A stretch of 34,554 bases of DNA from a virus (lineage: Duplodnaviria; Caudoviricetes), in IMG/VR virus record IMGVR_UViG_3300030330_006468, positions 1-34,554 of that record, one strand, 5' to 3'. The position numbers and the translations under genes were made by a program. This document shows, one piece after another, positions 1 through 8,313 of the stretch. The notes under the pieces were generated by a model. The model ran no database searches. It was given only the letters and a program-made list of their open reading frames with translations, and had not been told where the DNA came from. Each line of letters begins with the position of its first letter. The first letter of the stretch is position 1.

Positions 1-98
1 CTTTATACTTAGTTTATGCTGGAGCTAATGTTTCAGCAAAAAAAAAGGAGAATAAAAAAAATGAACAGTAGATTGAAAGTTCAAGATCCAATTTCATC
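1..98 (+). repeat. Terminal direct repeat, left copy (circular assembly overlap)
   Basis: 1-98 is identical to 34456-34553; base 99 (T) differs from base 34554 (A). Confidence 0.97.
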
Positions 99-450
99 TG
101 GTCAAATAGTAGCTGCTTATGATGCTTCTACTATATCTAATACAGATTGGAATTCTGTTAGCAGTTCAGATTTTTATGATACTGTAACCGGAGCTCAAAT
201 TGATGCTAATTTAAAATTTGCTTATATCGGAGCAGCTTCTTCAAATACTAGCACTTTATCCTATATTAAATTAAGAGCTGCATCTGGAGCTAATGATGGA
301 ATAACAAATAGTGATGCAGTTATCCCGGTACTATCCTCTTATTCTGTAGATAGTCAAGCTTTATCATCTTCATCTATAACAAGTATTGCATACAAAAAAG
401 CAGATTCTTCAGATGCTTTTATTTTATATTGTGGCTTTAACAGGAGTTAA
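61..450 (+). CDS. Hypothetical protein, probably structural (129 aa)
   Basis: AAGGAG SD before ATG at 61, so the start at 16 is unlikely; Ser/Ala/Thr-rich; directly upstream of the fibre genes. Confidence 0.7.
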   Translation: MNSRLKVQDPISSGQIVAAYDASTISNTDWNSVSSSDFYDTVTGAQIDANLKFAYIGAASSNTSTLSYIKLRAASGANDGITNSDAVIPVLSSYSVDSQALSSSSITSIAYKKADSSDAFILYCGFNRS

Positions 451-455
451 ATTAT

Positions 456-2282
456 ATGTCTATTAATTTTAGTTTTGCAGGCAGTGGAGGAGGCTCTTCA
501 AGTGGAGGGCTTGTTTATCGTGGTTCTTATAATGCAACTACTTCAAATCCATCTTTAATTAATGCAAAAAAGGGTGATTTCTACATAGTAACAGTAGGAG
601 GATCTTTAGCAGGAGTTAATTTAAATGTCGGAGATCATATTGTTTTTAATACAGATTCAGCTGACCCAGTTTTATCTACATATTTTGATGTAATAGATAA
701 TACAGATGCTGTTAGTTCTGTAAATAGTCAGACTGGAGTAGTAAATTTAAATTTAGATAATTTAAGTGATGTAACTTATACAGCTGGAGCCGGAATTGAT
801 GGAAAAGTTTTAACTTATGATCATGCTAACACTACTTGGAAAGCTGAAGCAACTGGAGGAATTTCTTCAGTCAATGGAGATTCAGGACCAGCAGTAACTT
901 TAGATACTGATAATATTAGTGAAGGGTCTTCAAATCTTTATTTTACTAATGCAAGATTTGATACTCAGCTAGCTACTAAAGACACTGATAATGTAAGTGA
1001 AGGGTCTTCAAATCTCTATTATACTAATGCAAGATTTGATACTCAGCTAGCTACTAAAGACACTGATAATGTAAGTGAAGGGTCTTCGAATCTTTATTTT
1101 ACTAATGCAAGAGCAGATACAAGAGCAGATGGAAGAATTTCAGCTTCTGCTTTAAATGCTTTAAGCGATGTAACTTATACTGCTGGAGCTGCAATTGACG
1201 GAAAAGTTTTAACTTATGATCATGCTAATACTACTTGGAAAGCTGAAGCAGCAACTGGAGGAATTTCTTCAGTCAATGGAGACACTGGACCAGCAGTAAC
1301 TTTAGATACTGATAATGTAAGTGAAGGGTCTTCAAATCTCTATTATACTAATGCAAGATTCGACACTCAACTAGCTACTAAAGACACTGATAATCTAAGT
1401 GAAGGATCTTCAAATCTCTATTATACTAATGCAAGATTCGACACTCAACTAGCTACTAAAGACACTGATAATTTAAGTGAAGGGTCTTCGAATCTTTATT
1501 TTACTAATGCAAGAGCAGATACAAGAGCAGATACAAGAATTTCTGCTTCTGCTTTAAATGCTTTAAGCGATGTAACTTATACAGCAGGAGCCGGAATTGA
1601 TAACTATGTTTTTACATATGATCATTCTAATACAACTTGGAAAGCTGAAGAATTAAGTATTATTCATGATCTATCCCCATCATTAGGAGCAAATCTTGAT
1701 TTAAATAACTTTGATTTAGTCAGTAATTCAAATCAAAATATAGAACTTGCTCCAGATGGAACCGGAAAAGTAAAAATTAAAGGAAATGCTACTTCTGGGA
1801 GTGGAGAAATTGTTTTAAATTGTGAACAGAATTCACATGGAATTTCTTTAAAAGGGCCTCCTCATTCTGCAGCAGCTTCATACACTTTAACATTCCCAAA
1901 TGATACCGGATCAGCCAATCAAGTATTAAAAGGCGATGGAAACGGTCAACTTTCCTGGACTGATCAAGCAGCAGCAGGAGGAGGCTTTACATATTCAGCT
2001 ATTACTTCAGCTTCTTCTCCAGTCACTGGAGCAGTAGACTATCATTATTCTGCAAATACTTCAGGAGGAGCAGTTACTATTGATCTTCCTGCAATTGCAG
2101 CAGGAAATTCTGGAAAAGAAATTAGAGTAAAATTAAAAACTGCAGGAAATAATTTAATTTTATCTCCAAATGGAACGGATCAAGTAGAAGCTGGAGGAGC
2201 AGGAACTGATTATATTTTGAGTATTCAAAATCAATCTATTACTCTTGTTTCAGATGGTTCTAGCAATTGGGAGATTATATAA
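456..2282 (+). CDS. Repeat-containing fibre protein (tail or head fibre)
   Basis: TDNxSEGSSNLY(F/Y)TNAR repeats, SVNG and LSDV...GKVLTY...W fibre motifs, LNCEQNSHG...YTLTFP...QVL..DG.G.LSW module, C-terminal TSGGAVTIDLPA...LVSDG.NW domain. Confidence 0.85.
   Translation: MSINFSFAGSGGGSSSGGLVYRGSYNATTSNPSLINAKKGDFYIVTVGGSLAGVNLNVGDHIVFNTDSADPVLSTYFDVIDNTDAVSSVNSQTGVVNLNLDNLSDVTYTAGAGIDGKVLTYDHANTTWKAEATGGISSVNGDSGPAVTLDTDNISEGSSNLYFTNARFDTQLATKDTDNVSEGSSNLYYTNARFDTQLATKDTDNVSEGSSNLYFTNARADTRADGRISASALNALSDVTYTAGAAIDGKVLTYDHANTTWKAEAATGGISSVNGDTGPAVTLDTDNVSEGSSNLYYTNARFDTQLATKDTDNLSEGSSNLYYTNARFDTQLATKDTDNLSEGSSNLYFTNARADTRADTRISASALNALSDVTYTAGAGIDNYVFTYDHSNTTWKAEELSIIHDLSPSLGANLDLNNFDLVSNSNQNIELAPDGTGKVKIKGNATSGSGEIVLNCEQNSHGISLKGPPHSAAASYTLTFPNDTGSANQVLKGDGNGQLSWTDQAAAGGGFTYSAITSASSPVTGAVDYHYSANTSGGAVTIDLPAIAAGNSGKEIRVKLKTAGNNLILSPNGTDQVEAGGAGTDYILSIQNQSITLVSDGSSNWEII
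762..1650 (+). repeat. Nested intragenic tandem repeat: ~400-bp units starting at 762, 1161 and 1563 (partial), the two full units each with 78-bp (26-aa) subrepeats
   Basis: ttaag(t/c)gatgtaacttata at 762, 1161, 1563; ga(t/c)actgataat at 903, 981, 1059 and again three times in the second unit. Confidence 0.92.
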
Positions 2283-2283
2283 A

Positions 2284-2916
2284 ATGAGTCATAATAAAAT
2301 AAAAGTAGCTGATCAAAATCCAGATGCATCTGGAAATATTACTATTGAACTTGGAAATTTAAGCGATGTTTCTACTTCAGGAGTATCAAATAATGAAGTT
2401 TTAAAATATAATGGCTCTTCTTGGGATACAGGAGTAGCTCCAGCAGGATCTCCTCAATACATTCTCATAGGGCAAGGAGAAAGCTCTGATTATTCAAATA
2501 GTACTGCAACTAGTTTAGCCCAGGGTCATTCATTACAAATTTATGATACTAATCCGAAAAATACAATTTCGGGAGCTTCGTTTACTAGTTCAAATAATTG
2601 GATAAGTGAAATAACTTTGCCTTCTGGTCAATACTTTGTGCAATGCCAAACTAGGGTTGTTTTTTCAGCAAGTGGATATTTATTGTTTAATTTAGCTAAA
2701 ACTTCTAATAATGATGAAATTTCAAATAGTGCTTTAATTGGAGATAATTCTACTAGTTATGCTTCTGGAGTTGCATCAACTTTGCAGAGTTACATGAATC
2801 TATCTTCTAGTGAAACTTTTAAAATTCGATTCGCGGCGGTTTCAAATACTGACAGTGTAGCAAACCAGGGCACAATACCGAGCGAGCATTCATTTTTATT
2901 CATTATGAAAGTATAA
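2284..2916 (+). CDS. Short fibre / receptor-binding protein, paralog A
   Basis: GGAG SD before ATG at 2284; N-terminus MSHNKIKVADQNPDASGNI...LSDV is shared with the next gene; beta-rich C-terminal domain. Confidence 0.72.
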   Translation: MSHNKIKVADQNPDASGNITIELGNLSDVSTSGVSNNEVLKYNGSSWDTGVAPAGSPQYILIGQGESSDYSNSTATSLAQGHSLQIYDTNPKNTISGASFTSSNNWISEITLPSGQYFVQCQTRVVFSASGYLLFNLAKTSNNDEISNSALIGDNSTSYASGVASTLQSYMNLSSSETFKIRFAAVSNTDSVANQGTIPSEHSFLFIMKV

Positions 2917-2919
2917 ATT

Positions 2920-3567
2920 ATGAGTCATAATAAAATAAAAGCAGCGGGACAAAGTCCGGATGCATCCGCCAATATTTCAATCGCTTTAAATAATTTAAGC
3001 GATGTAGATACGAGCGCCGTTTCAAGCGGCGATATGTTGAGTTATGACGGGTCAAGCTTTGTTCCTATAAGTAATCAAAATAGTGGATTGAATTTACACG
3101 CTGGAATATTTCAGTTTTCCGGTGGATATGGGGCCGGCGGTTATTATTTTGCTATTAATGATTATAATTGTATTAGAAAAAACACTGGATCAGCTCGACT
3201 TTATTCATCAACCGGAAACACGAATATATTTAATAATGCAACAACAACTAATACAGTAGTTTCTACTTCTGTATGGATGGAATCAATTGATGTTCCAACA
3301 GCAGGGACTTATTTATGCATAGCCGGAACTCATTGTTCCACTGGCACGAATGTGACTTGGCAATGGCAGAATAATTCGGGTAATTTTGGAGCAAAAACTT
3401 ATGTACAACAAAATAATAATTATTATGGGGGTCTAGTTGTTGCAGTGATGACTGCAACAACAAATGATATTTTTAGGATTGTAGTTACTGCAAAAACTGG
3501 ATCGATTAGGCTTCCTCCTGATGAAGAGCAGTGGATGACCGGAATAACAATTATTAAACTTGGATAA
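2920..3567 (+). CDS. Short fibre / receptor-binding protein, paralog B
   Basis: N-terminus MSHNKIKAAGQSPDASANI...LSDV; C-terminal domain with a VPTAGTYL strand motif typical of C1q/BclA-like fibre heads. Confidence 0.72.
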   Translation: MSHNKIKAAGQSPDASANISIALNNLSDVDTSAVSSGDMLSYDGSSFVPISNQNSGLNLHAGIFQFSGGYGAGGYYFAINDYNCIRKNTGSARLYSSTGNTNIFNNATTTNTVVSTSVWMESIDVPTAGTYLCIAGTHCSTGTNVTWQWQNNSGNFGAKTYVQQNNNYYGGLVVAVMTATTNDIFRIVVTAKTGSIRLPPDEEQWMTGITIIKLG

Positions 3568-3581
3568 ATAAAGGATTTAAA

Positions 3582-3938
3582 ATGTATTGGATAGCAGTTA
3601 AAACAGAAGAAAATATTACTGAAGGAGATGTATTATCTTTTGATATTTCTTCACAATTATGGAATAAAGCTAACTCTTTAAGTACTCCTTTAGGAGTTGC
3701 TAAAGGAGATGCTAAATTATCAGAAGATGGATCTTATTATCGTGTAGATATGCAAATGCAAGGACAAATAAAAGCAAAATCTAGTCGATTAATTCCTGAT
3801 GAAGGGGGTGAAATGAATGTTGAAAATGGAGCTGTATTTGTTGACAACGGAGCCAATCATGCAGGTATAATTTCTCCTAATTTTATTAATGCTCCACAAA
3901 GAACCGCTGGAGAGCTTATTGAAATCGTTATTAGATAA
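3582..3938 (+). CDS. Small structural protein, possibly decoration (beta-tulip/DUF2190-like)
   Basis: E.I..GD.....A.....GVA......V.....G pattern resembles 18942..19331; AAGGA SD. Confidence 0.5.
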   Translation: MYWIAVKTEENITEGDVLSFDISSQLWNKANSLSTPLGVAKGDAKLSEDGSYYRVDMQMQGQIKAKSSRLIPDEGGEMNVENGAVFVDNGANHAGIISPNFINAPQRTAGELIEIVIR

Positions 3939-4222
3939 TGATAATAGATACTAATACACTACTGCAGATCATAGGACTTATTTTTTCTATTGTTGGTGTA
4001 ATTTGGTATTTATCAACAATTCTATCTAAAATAAATGCTGAACTTTCTAAAAGTGCTCAATTAAATACTATTCAAGACGATAAAATAAATTCAATGGATA
4101 CAAGCATAAATCAGCAAATTACAAACAATTATGATACTTGCAAAAATGGAAGAATCGATATCTGGAAAGATTTAAACGAATTAAAATTAAAAGTTGCAAA
4201 ATTAGAAGCAAAAGAAAAATGA
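3938..4222 (+). CDS. Small membrane protein (N-terminal TM plus coiled coil), holin/XhlA-like
   Basis: Hydrophobic LLQIIGLIFSIVGVIWYL followed by a heptad-rich tail; TAATG overlap with the upstream gene. Confidence 0.6.
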   Translation: MIIDTNTLLQIIGLIFSIVGVIWYLSTILSKINAELSKSAQLNTIQDDKINSMDTSINQQITNNYDTCKNGRIDIWKDLNELKLKVAKLEAKEK

Positions 4223-4311
4223 ATTTAGATCGATTTATGATCATGATGTTTCTTTCATCTTCTTCTATACTGTTAATTTTAGTTTTGTGGAGTCATTTTA
4301 AAACAACATAA
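4219..4311 (+). CDS. Putative 30-aa single-TM peptide (MNLDRFMIMMFLSSSSILLILVLWSHFKTT)
   Basis: ATGA overlap with the stop of 3938..4222; fills the gap to the next gene; hydrophobic core; not in the ORF track. Confidence 0.45.
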   Translation: MNLDRFMIMMFLSSSSILLILVLWSHFKTT

Positions 4312-4718
4312 ACTCCAGAGCTTAAAGCAATTGATCCAGCGACAATAGAAACATATTTTAAAAATTTATTATTGTTTTTTAGTGCCTTAATGTCAGATTT
4401 GAAAATCTTGTTTTCAGTTTTTAATACTCTAATTAAATTCTTTTGTTGCTTAGGGATATTGTTACAAGAAGAATAACATTCATCTACCTGTATTTTGCAG
4501 ATTTCTATTGAATCAGTAACAAGATCTTTACAATCATTATCAGTTGATTCAATGATTGATTTTACTAAAATAAAGTCAGCAGGAGATAAAGCTAAATACT
4601 TTCTATCTAATTGAGTTTTATTATCTATTACAAAAGAATTAATAGTTTGATTCTCACTAATTTTAATTTGAGTAATTGACGCTGTAAAAGCTAAAAATGG
4701 AATAAGTAAAAAATTCAT
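4293..4718 (-). CDS. Membrane protein with N-terminal signal-like segment, 4 Cys, coiled coil and C-terminal TM (spanin-like candidate)
   Basis: MNFLLIPFLAFTASI at the N-terminus; YVSIVAGSIALSSGVYVVLK at the C-terminus; TAATG overlap with 4718..5041. Confidence 0.6.
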   Translation of the reverse strand: MNFLLIPFLAFTASITQIKISENQTINSFVIDNKTQLDRKYLALSPADFILVKSIIESTDNDCKDLVTDSIEICKIQVDECYSSCNNIPKQQKNLIRVLKTENKIFKSDIKALKNNNKFLKYVSIVAGSIALSSGVYVVLK

Positions 4719-5041
4719 TAGTCGTTACACTCTAAGAGTTCATTTAACTTGTGATAATTGTTCATTGCTTCTTCCACTTTTTTTAAGCAAATCGGCTTAC
4801 AAATATCTATTTTACAGTTTGATTTACATTCTGTTATTCTTTGAATAAAAGCTTTGTTTTGTTCCTCAATTTCATCTTTGCAAGTTTCTAAATAAAGAAC
4901 GGGTTCTTTGCATTGAATTTCAAAAGGAACAAAACCTGCTTTTAATCCTGCTTGATATGATAGTATCATAAACATAATAAAAAGAGATCCAGCTATAAAA
5001 GCAGTTTTCTTTTTTAAAAAAATTGTTAGTATTGATTTCAT
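4718..5041 (-). CDS. Cys-rich membrane protein (N-terminal TM, 7 Cys), i-spanin-like candidate
   Basis: KKK then AFIAGSLFIMFMILSY TM; CKSNCKIDICKPIC; AAGGT SD. Confidence 0.6.
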   Translation of the reverse strand: MKSILTIFLKKKTAFIAGSLFIMFMILSYQAGLKAGFVPFEIQCKEPVLYLETCKDEIEEQNKAFIQRITECKSNCKIDICKPICLKKVEEAMNNYHKLNELLECND

Positions 5042-5062
5042 TTTTTGACCTTGGAGTTTTTT

Positions 5063-5308
5063 ATGGATGGATCAATGATTGCAAGTTTAATCTCTATTTT
5101 GGGTGTTATCTTTGCTTATTTATCATTTATGAAAGATAAATTAAAATCTGCTGAAGACTTTGGAAAGCTACAGCAAAAAGTAAATCATTTAGAGCAGCAG
5201 GCTCTTAACAATGAAACAAGATTTCAAAAAATAGAGACAAAACTAGATGAGATTCAACAATCTTTAACTAGAGTAGAAACATTATTATCAAGAATTCCCA
5301 ATCAATAA
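5063..5308 (+). CDS. Small membrane protein (TM plus coiled coil), holin/XhlA-like
   Basis: GGAG SD before ATG at 5063; IASLISILGVIFAYLSF TM; IETKLDEIQQSLTRVETLL coil. Confidence 0.65.
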   Translation: MDGSMIASLISILGVIFAYLSFMKDKLKSAEDFGKLQQKVNHLEQQALNNETRFQKIETKLDEIQQSLTRVETLLSRIPNQ

Positions 5309-5310
5309 AA

Positions 5311-5328
5311 GTATAATGTATTTTACAT
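5311..5328 (+). promoter_or_regulatory. -10 box (TATAAT 5312-5317) overlapped by the operator-like palindrome ATGTATTTTACAT (5316-5328), upstream of nrdJ
   Basis: The same 13-mer occurs inverted at 11998-12010; -35 is weak. Confidence 0.55.
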
Positions 5329-5344
5329 AAAAAAAGGTGGATTT

Positions 5345-7339
5345 ATGCAAAATGAAATTATGAGTGAAATAGTCTTTTCTAGTCGATATTCTAAAGAGAC
5401 TAAGGATGGAAGAGAAACTTGGGAAGATGCAGTTAATAGAGTTGTTAACATGCATAAATCTAAATTTAAATTTAATCCTGAAGTTTTAAAATATATAGAT
5501 AAATCCTTTGACTTAGTTAAAAAAAAAAGAGTCTATGCTTCTCAAAGGTCAATGCAATTTGGAGGAACTTCAATCTTAAAAAATAACATGAGGATATATA
5601 ATTGTACTTATTCTCATTGTAATAGACTAAGATTTTTTGCAGAAAACTTTTTTCTTTTGTTGTCAGGTTGTGGAACTGGATTCTCTTTAAGAAAACATCA
5701 CATTAATAAATTGAGTCCAATAATTCCTCCTCAAGATTGGAAAAATAGAGACTCACAAACTTTTATGATTTCTGATAATATTGAGGGCTGGAGTGATTCA
5801 ATATGGTTTTTATTACTCAGTTACCAAGATAAAAAATCTAGTTTTCATAATAAAGAGCTTGTCTTTGATTATTCTAATTTAAGACCTAAAGGAGCTCCAA
5901 TTGGATCCGGTGGAGTTTCTCCAGGTTATGAAGTTTTACAGACTGCAATAGAAAAGATTAGATCTAAATTAAGAGAAGTATCATATAAAGAAAATAGAAA
6001 ACTTTCTTCTGTAGATTGTTTTGATATCATTATGCATTTATCTGAAGTAGTCGCAACTGGAGGAGTGAGAAGAAGTGCTAGTATAGCTCTTTTTGATGAA
6101 GATGATAAAGAAATGATTGTATCAAAACATTCTCCAAATATTGAAGAAAATAGACAAAGACATAGAGCAAATATTTCAGTAGCGTATAATCTAAATGATA
6201 AAGATAATTCTGCTGATATCTATAAAAATATGAAGCTTGCTTTTAAAAATGGAGGAGAGCCTGGAGTCACTTTTTTTAATTCTAGGGAATTTGGCACTAA
6301 TCCTTGTGCAGAAATCGGATTATCTCCAAATCTAATTAGAAATACAAAGGGTAAAATCATAAAAGAAATCTCTCTTGATATGTTAGATAATCCAGAAAAC
6401 TATTTAGAATATAATTATATGACTGGATGGAGTGCTTGTAATTTAACAGAGATTGATATGAATCAGAATAAGACAATAGAAGAATTTTATGAAGCTTGTG
6501 AAGCTGCTTCGATTATTGGCACTATACAAGCAGCTTATACAGATGCTGGATATTTATTAAAGACTACTCAAGATATATTAGAAAATGAAGCCTTATTAGG
6601 AGTGTCTTTGACAGGAATGAGTGGAAATCCTATTTCATTTAATCCAGAAGTTTTAGAAGCTGGAGTTCAAATTGTTATAGATACAAATAAAAAAATAGCT
6701 TCTCTTTTAGGCATTAATGAAGCCTCAAGATTTACATGTATTAAACCAAGTGGAACTACTTCTACTCTAGCAGTTACTTCAGCAGGTATTCACCCGTATC
6801 ATAGTAAGAAATACATTAGAAGAGTAGAACTAAGTAAAGATAATGTGATATGGAAAGAATTGTTAAATAAAGTACCTGAAGCCTGTACTGATAAAAATCA
6901 ATCTTCTGGAATTGTTTCTTTTGCCTGTATTGCTCCAGAAAATTCAATTACAAGAGATCAAGATACTTCATTAGAATTTCTTAAAAGAGTAAAACTAGTC
7001 TATGATCACTGGATCTATCCAGGCTCTAAAAATTCGAGAGTAGAAGGATTAACTCATAGTGTATCTAATACATGTTCGATAAAAGAAGAAGACTTTGAAG
7101 AAATTGCTGAATATATTTGTAATAATAAAGAAAGTTTAAGAGGAGTTTCTTTCTTTCCTCATTCTGATCAAGTTTATAAAAATCAACCCTTTGAGGCCGT
7201 TTATCCAAATTCGAAAGCAGAAGCCCTTTTTAATAAATTATCAAAGCTAGATTATTCAAAAGTAAAATTAAACTTAAAGGGTAAAACAGAAGATCCAAAT
7301 TTAGAGCCGGCCTGCACTGGAGGAGCTTGTGAATTTTAA
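5345..7339 (+). CDS. nrdJ: Class II (adenosylcobalamin-dependent) ribonucleotide reductase, monomeric RTPR-like
   Basis: NC, GCGTGFS, GGVRRSA, GEPG, TNPCAEI, CNLTEI and KPSGT motifs; C-terminal CTGGACEF; no beta subunit gene in the genome. Confidence 0.93.
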   Translation: MQNEIMSEIVFSSRYSKETKDGRETWEDAVNRVVNMHKSKFKFNPEVLKYIDKSFDLVKKKRVYASQRSMQFGGTSILKNNMRIYNCTYSHCNRLRFFAENFFLLLSGCGTGFSLRKHHINKLSPIIPPQDWKNRDSQTFMISDNIEGWSDSIWFLLLSYQDKKSSFHNKELVFDYSNLRPKGAPIGSGGVSPGYEVLQTAIEKIRSKLREVSYKENRKLSSVDCFDIIMHLSEVVATGGVRRSASIALFDEDDKEMIVSKHSPNIEENRQRHRANISVAYNLNDKDNSADIYKNMKLAFKNGGEPGVTFFNSREFGTNPCAEIGLSPNLIRNTKGKIIKEISLDMLDNPENYLEYNYMTGWSACNLTEIDMNQNKTIEEFYEACEAASIIGTIQAAYTDAGYLLKTTQDILENEALLGVSLTGMSGNPISFNPEVLEAGVQIVIDTNKKIASLLGINEASRFTCIKPSGTTSTLAVTSAGIHPYHSKKYIRRVELSKDNVIWKELLNKVPEACTDKNQSSGIVSFACIAPENSITRDQDTSLEFLKRVKLVYDHWIYPGSKNSRVEGLTHSVSNTCSIKEEDFEEIAEYICNNKESLRGVSFFPHSDQVYKNQPFEAVYPNSKAEALFNKLSKLDYSKVKLNLKGKTEDPNLEPACTGGACEF

Positions 7340-8313
7340 ACAGCTTCTAAAGTATAATCTTCAAAAAGATCAATCAATCTCCAATCATCATGATTTACAT
7401 CATAACAAGAGTCCACAATATAATCTTGTATAGCATTCAATCGATCTTTATTAAGCCAAGATTCACCATGCTTATTAATAAGATCCTTAAATCTAAAAAT
7501 TGTAGAATGGAATGCTTTGTTCTTAAACTTATCAAGAGCAATTAAACAATGTTTTTCCTTGTCACTATGCAATTGAACATTAAAAAGAAGTCTATCAATT
7601 TCACTTGATAAAACTGCTTTTTCTCCAGTATTTAAATCTTTCCACTTAAAAGAAAATACATTTTTACCGATCGACTTAAAAACAATTGGAGCAGGATCAG
7701 GACGGTATTTAGCAGGAGGAGCAGGAGGAGGATTAGAGGATTTAGATCTATATCTTTCTCCAGCAGCTTCAGCATATACAATAGCATCTCTTTCTTCTGG
7801 ATCTGTAATTAAAACTTCTGCAAGTTCATCAGTAGAAAAAGCAACTCCAATAATATCAGGATAAAAGGCTCTTAAAAGAGCAGTTAAACATCTTTTATGC
7901 ATCATATTCTTAGGCATAGTCTTAAAGGAGTTATGACTCAATAAGCCTCTTTTTTTAGCTTCATTAATATCAAAAGTATAGGTATGTTCAGGAAGATCTG
8001 GAAAGTCTAGTTCATCTCTTCTTTTAGTTCCTAAAGTACAAGTTTGATCAGTTAATTCAATTACTCGAATATAGCCACAAATTTTAACTCCATTTGAATC
8101 AACAAATCTTCTAACAATTCCGGCCATAGCATCAGCATTTAAAGAAGGTTTAGAGCTCTTATTTCTAAAAGAAATAGTATAAGTATTAGCAATTGTTACA
8201 GCAACATTGTAATTAAAATGGTGTCCAAAGGTTTCAAAAGAAAGCTTTTTATCCATGAAATCTTGTTGACTTGTAGATAATTGTTTTAATTCTTCAATAT
8301 ATTGATTATTCAT
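7336..8313 (-). CDS. RecT/Redbeta-like single-strand annealing protein
   Basis: A..RGL....F..MPKNM..KR.....R..YPD..G.....DEL pattern; Pro-rich linker and C-terminal domain; GGAG SD favours ATG at 8313 over 8325. Confidence 0.72.
   Translation of the reverse strand: MNNQYIEELKQLSTSQQDFMDKKLSFETFGHHFNYNVAVTIANTYTISFRNKSSKPSLNADAMAGIVRRFVDSNGVKICGYIRVIELTDQTCTLGTKRRDELDFPDLPEHTYTFDINEAKKRGLLSHNSFKTMPKNMMHKRCLTALLRAFYPDIIGVAFSTDELAEVLITDPEERDAIVYAEAAGERYRSKSSNPPPAPPAKYRPDPAPIVFKSIGKNVFSFKWKDLNTGEKAVLSSEIDRLLFNVQLHSDKEKHCLIALDKFKNKAFHSTIFRFKDLINKHGESWLNKDRLNAIQDYIVDSCYDVNHDDWRLIDLFEDYTLEAV

Noticed and set aside
16-60. N-terminal extension of the first ORF
   Set aside because: It overlaps the holin across the circular junction; the SD supports ATG at 61
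3263-3463. 66-aa minus-strand ORF
   Set aside because: Antisense shadow inside a fibre gene
762-3567. Diversity-generating retroelement (TR/VR) in the fibre genes
   Set aside because: No reverse transcriptase; repeat differences are mostly silent and not adenine-specific
6300-6440. Intein or intron in nrdJ between NPCAEI and CNL
   Set aside because: Only about 35 aa; no splicing motifs; the frame is intact
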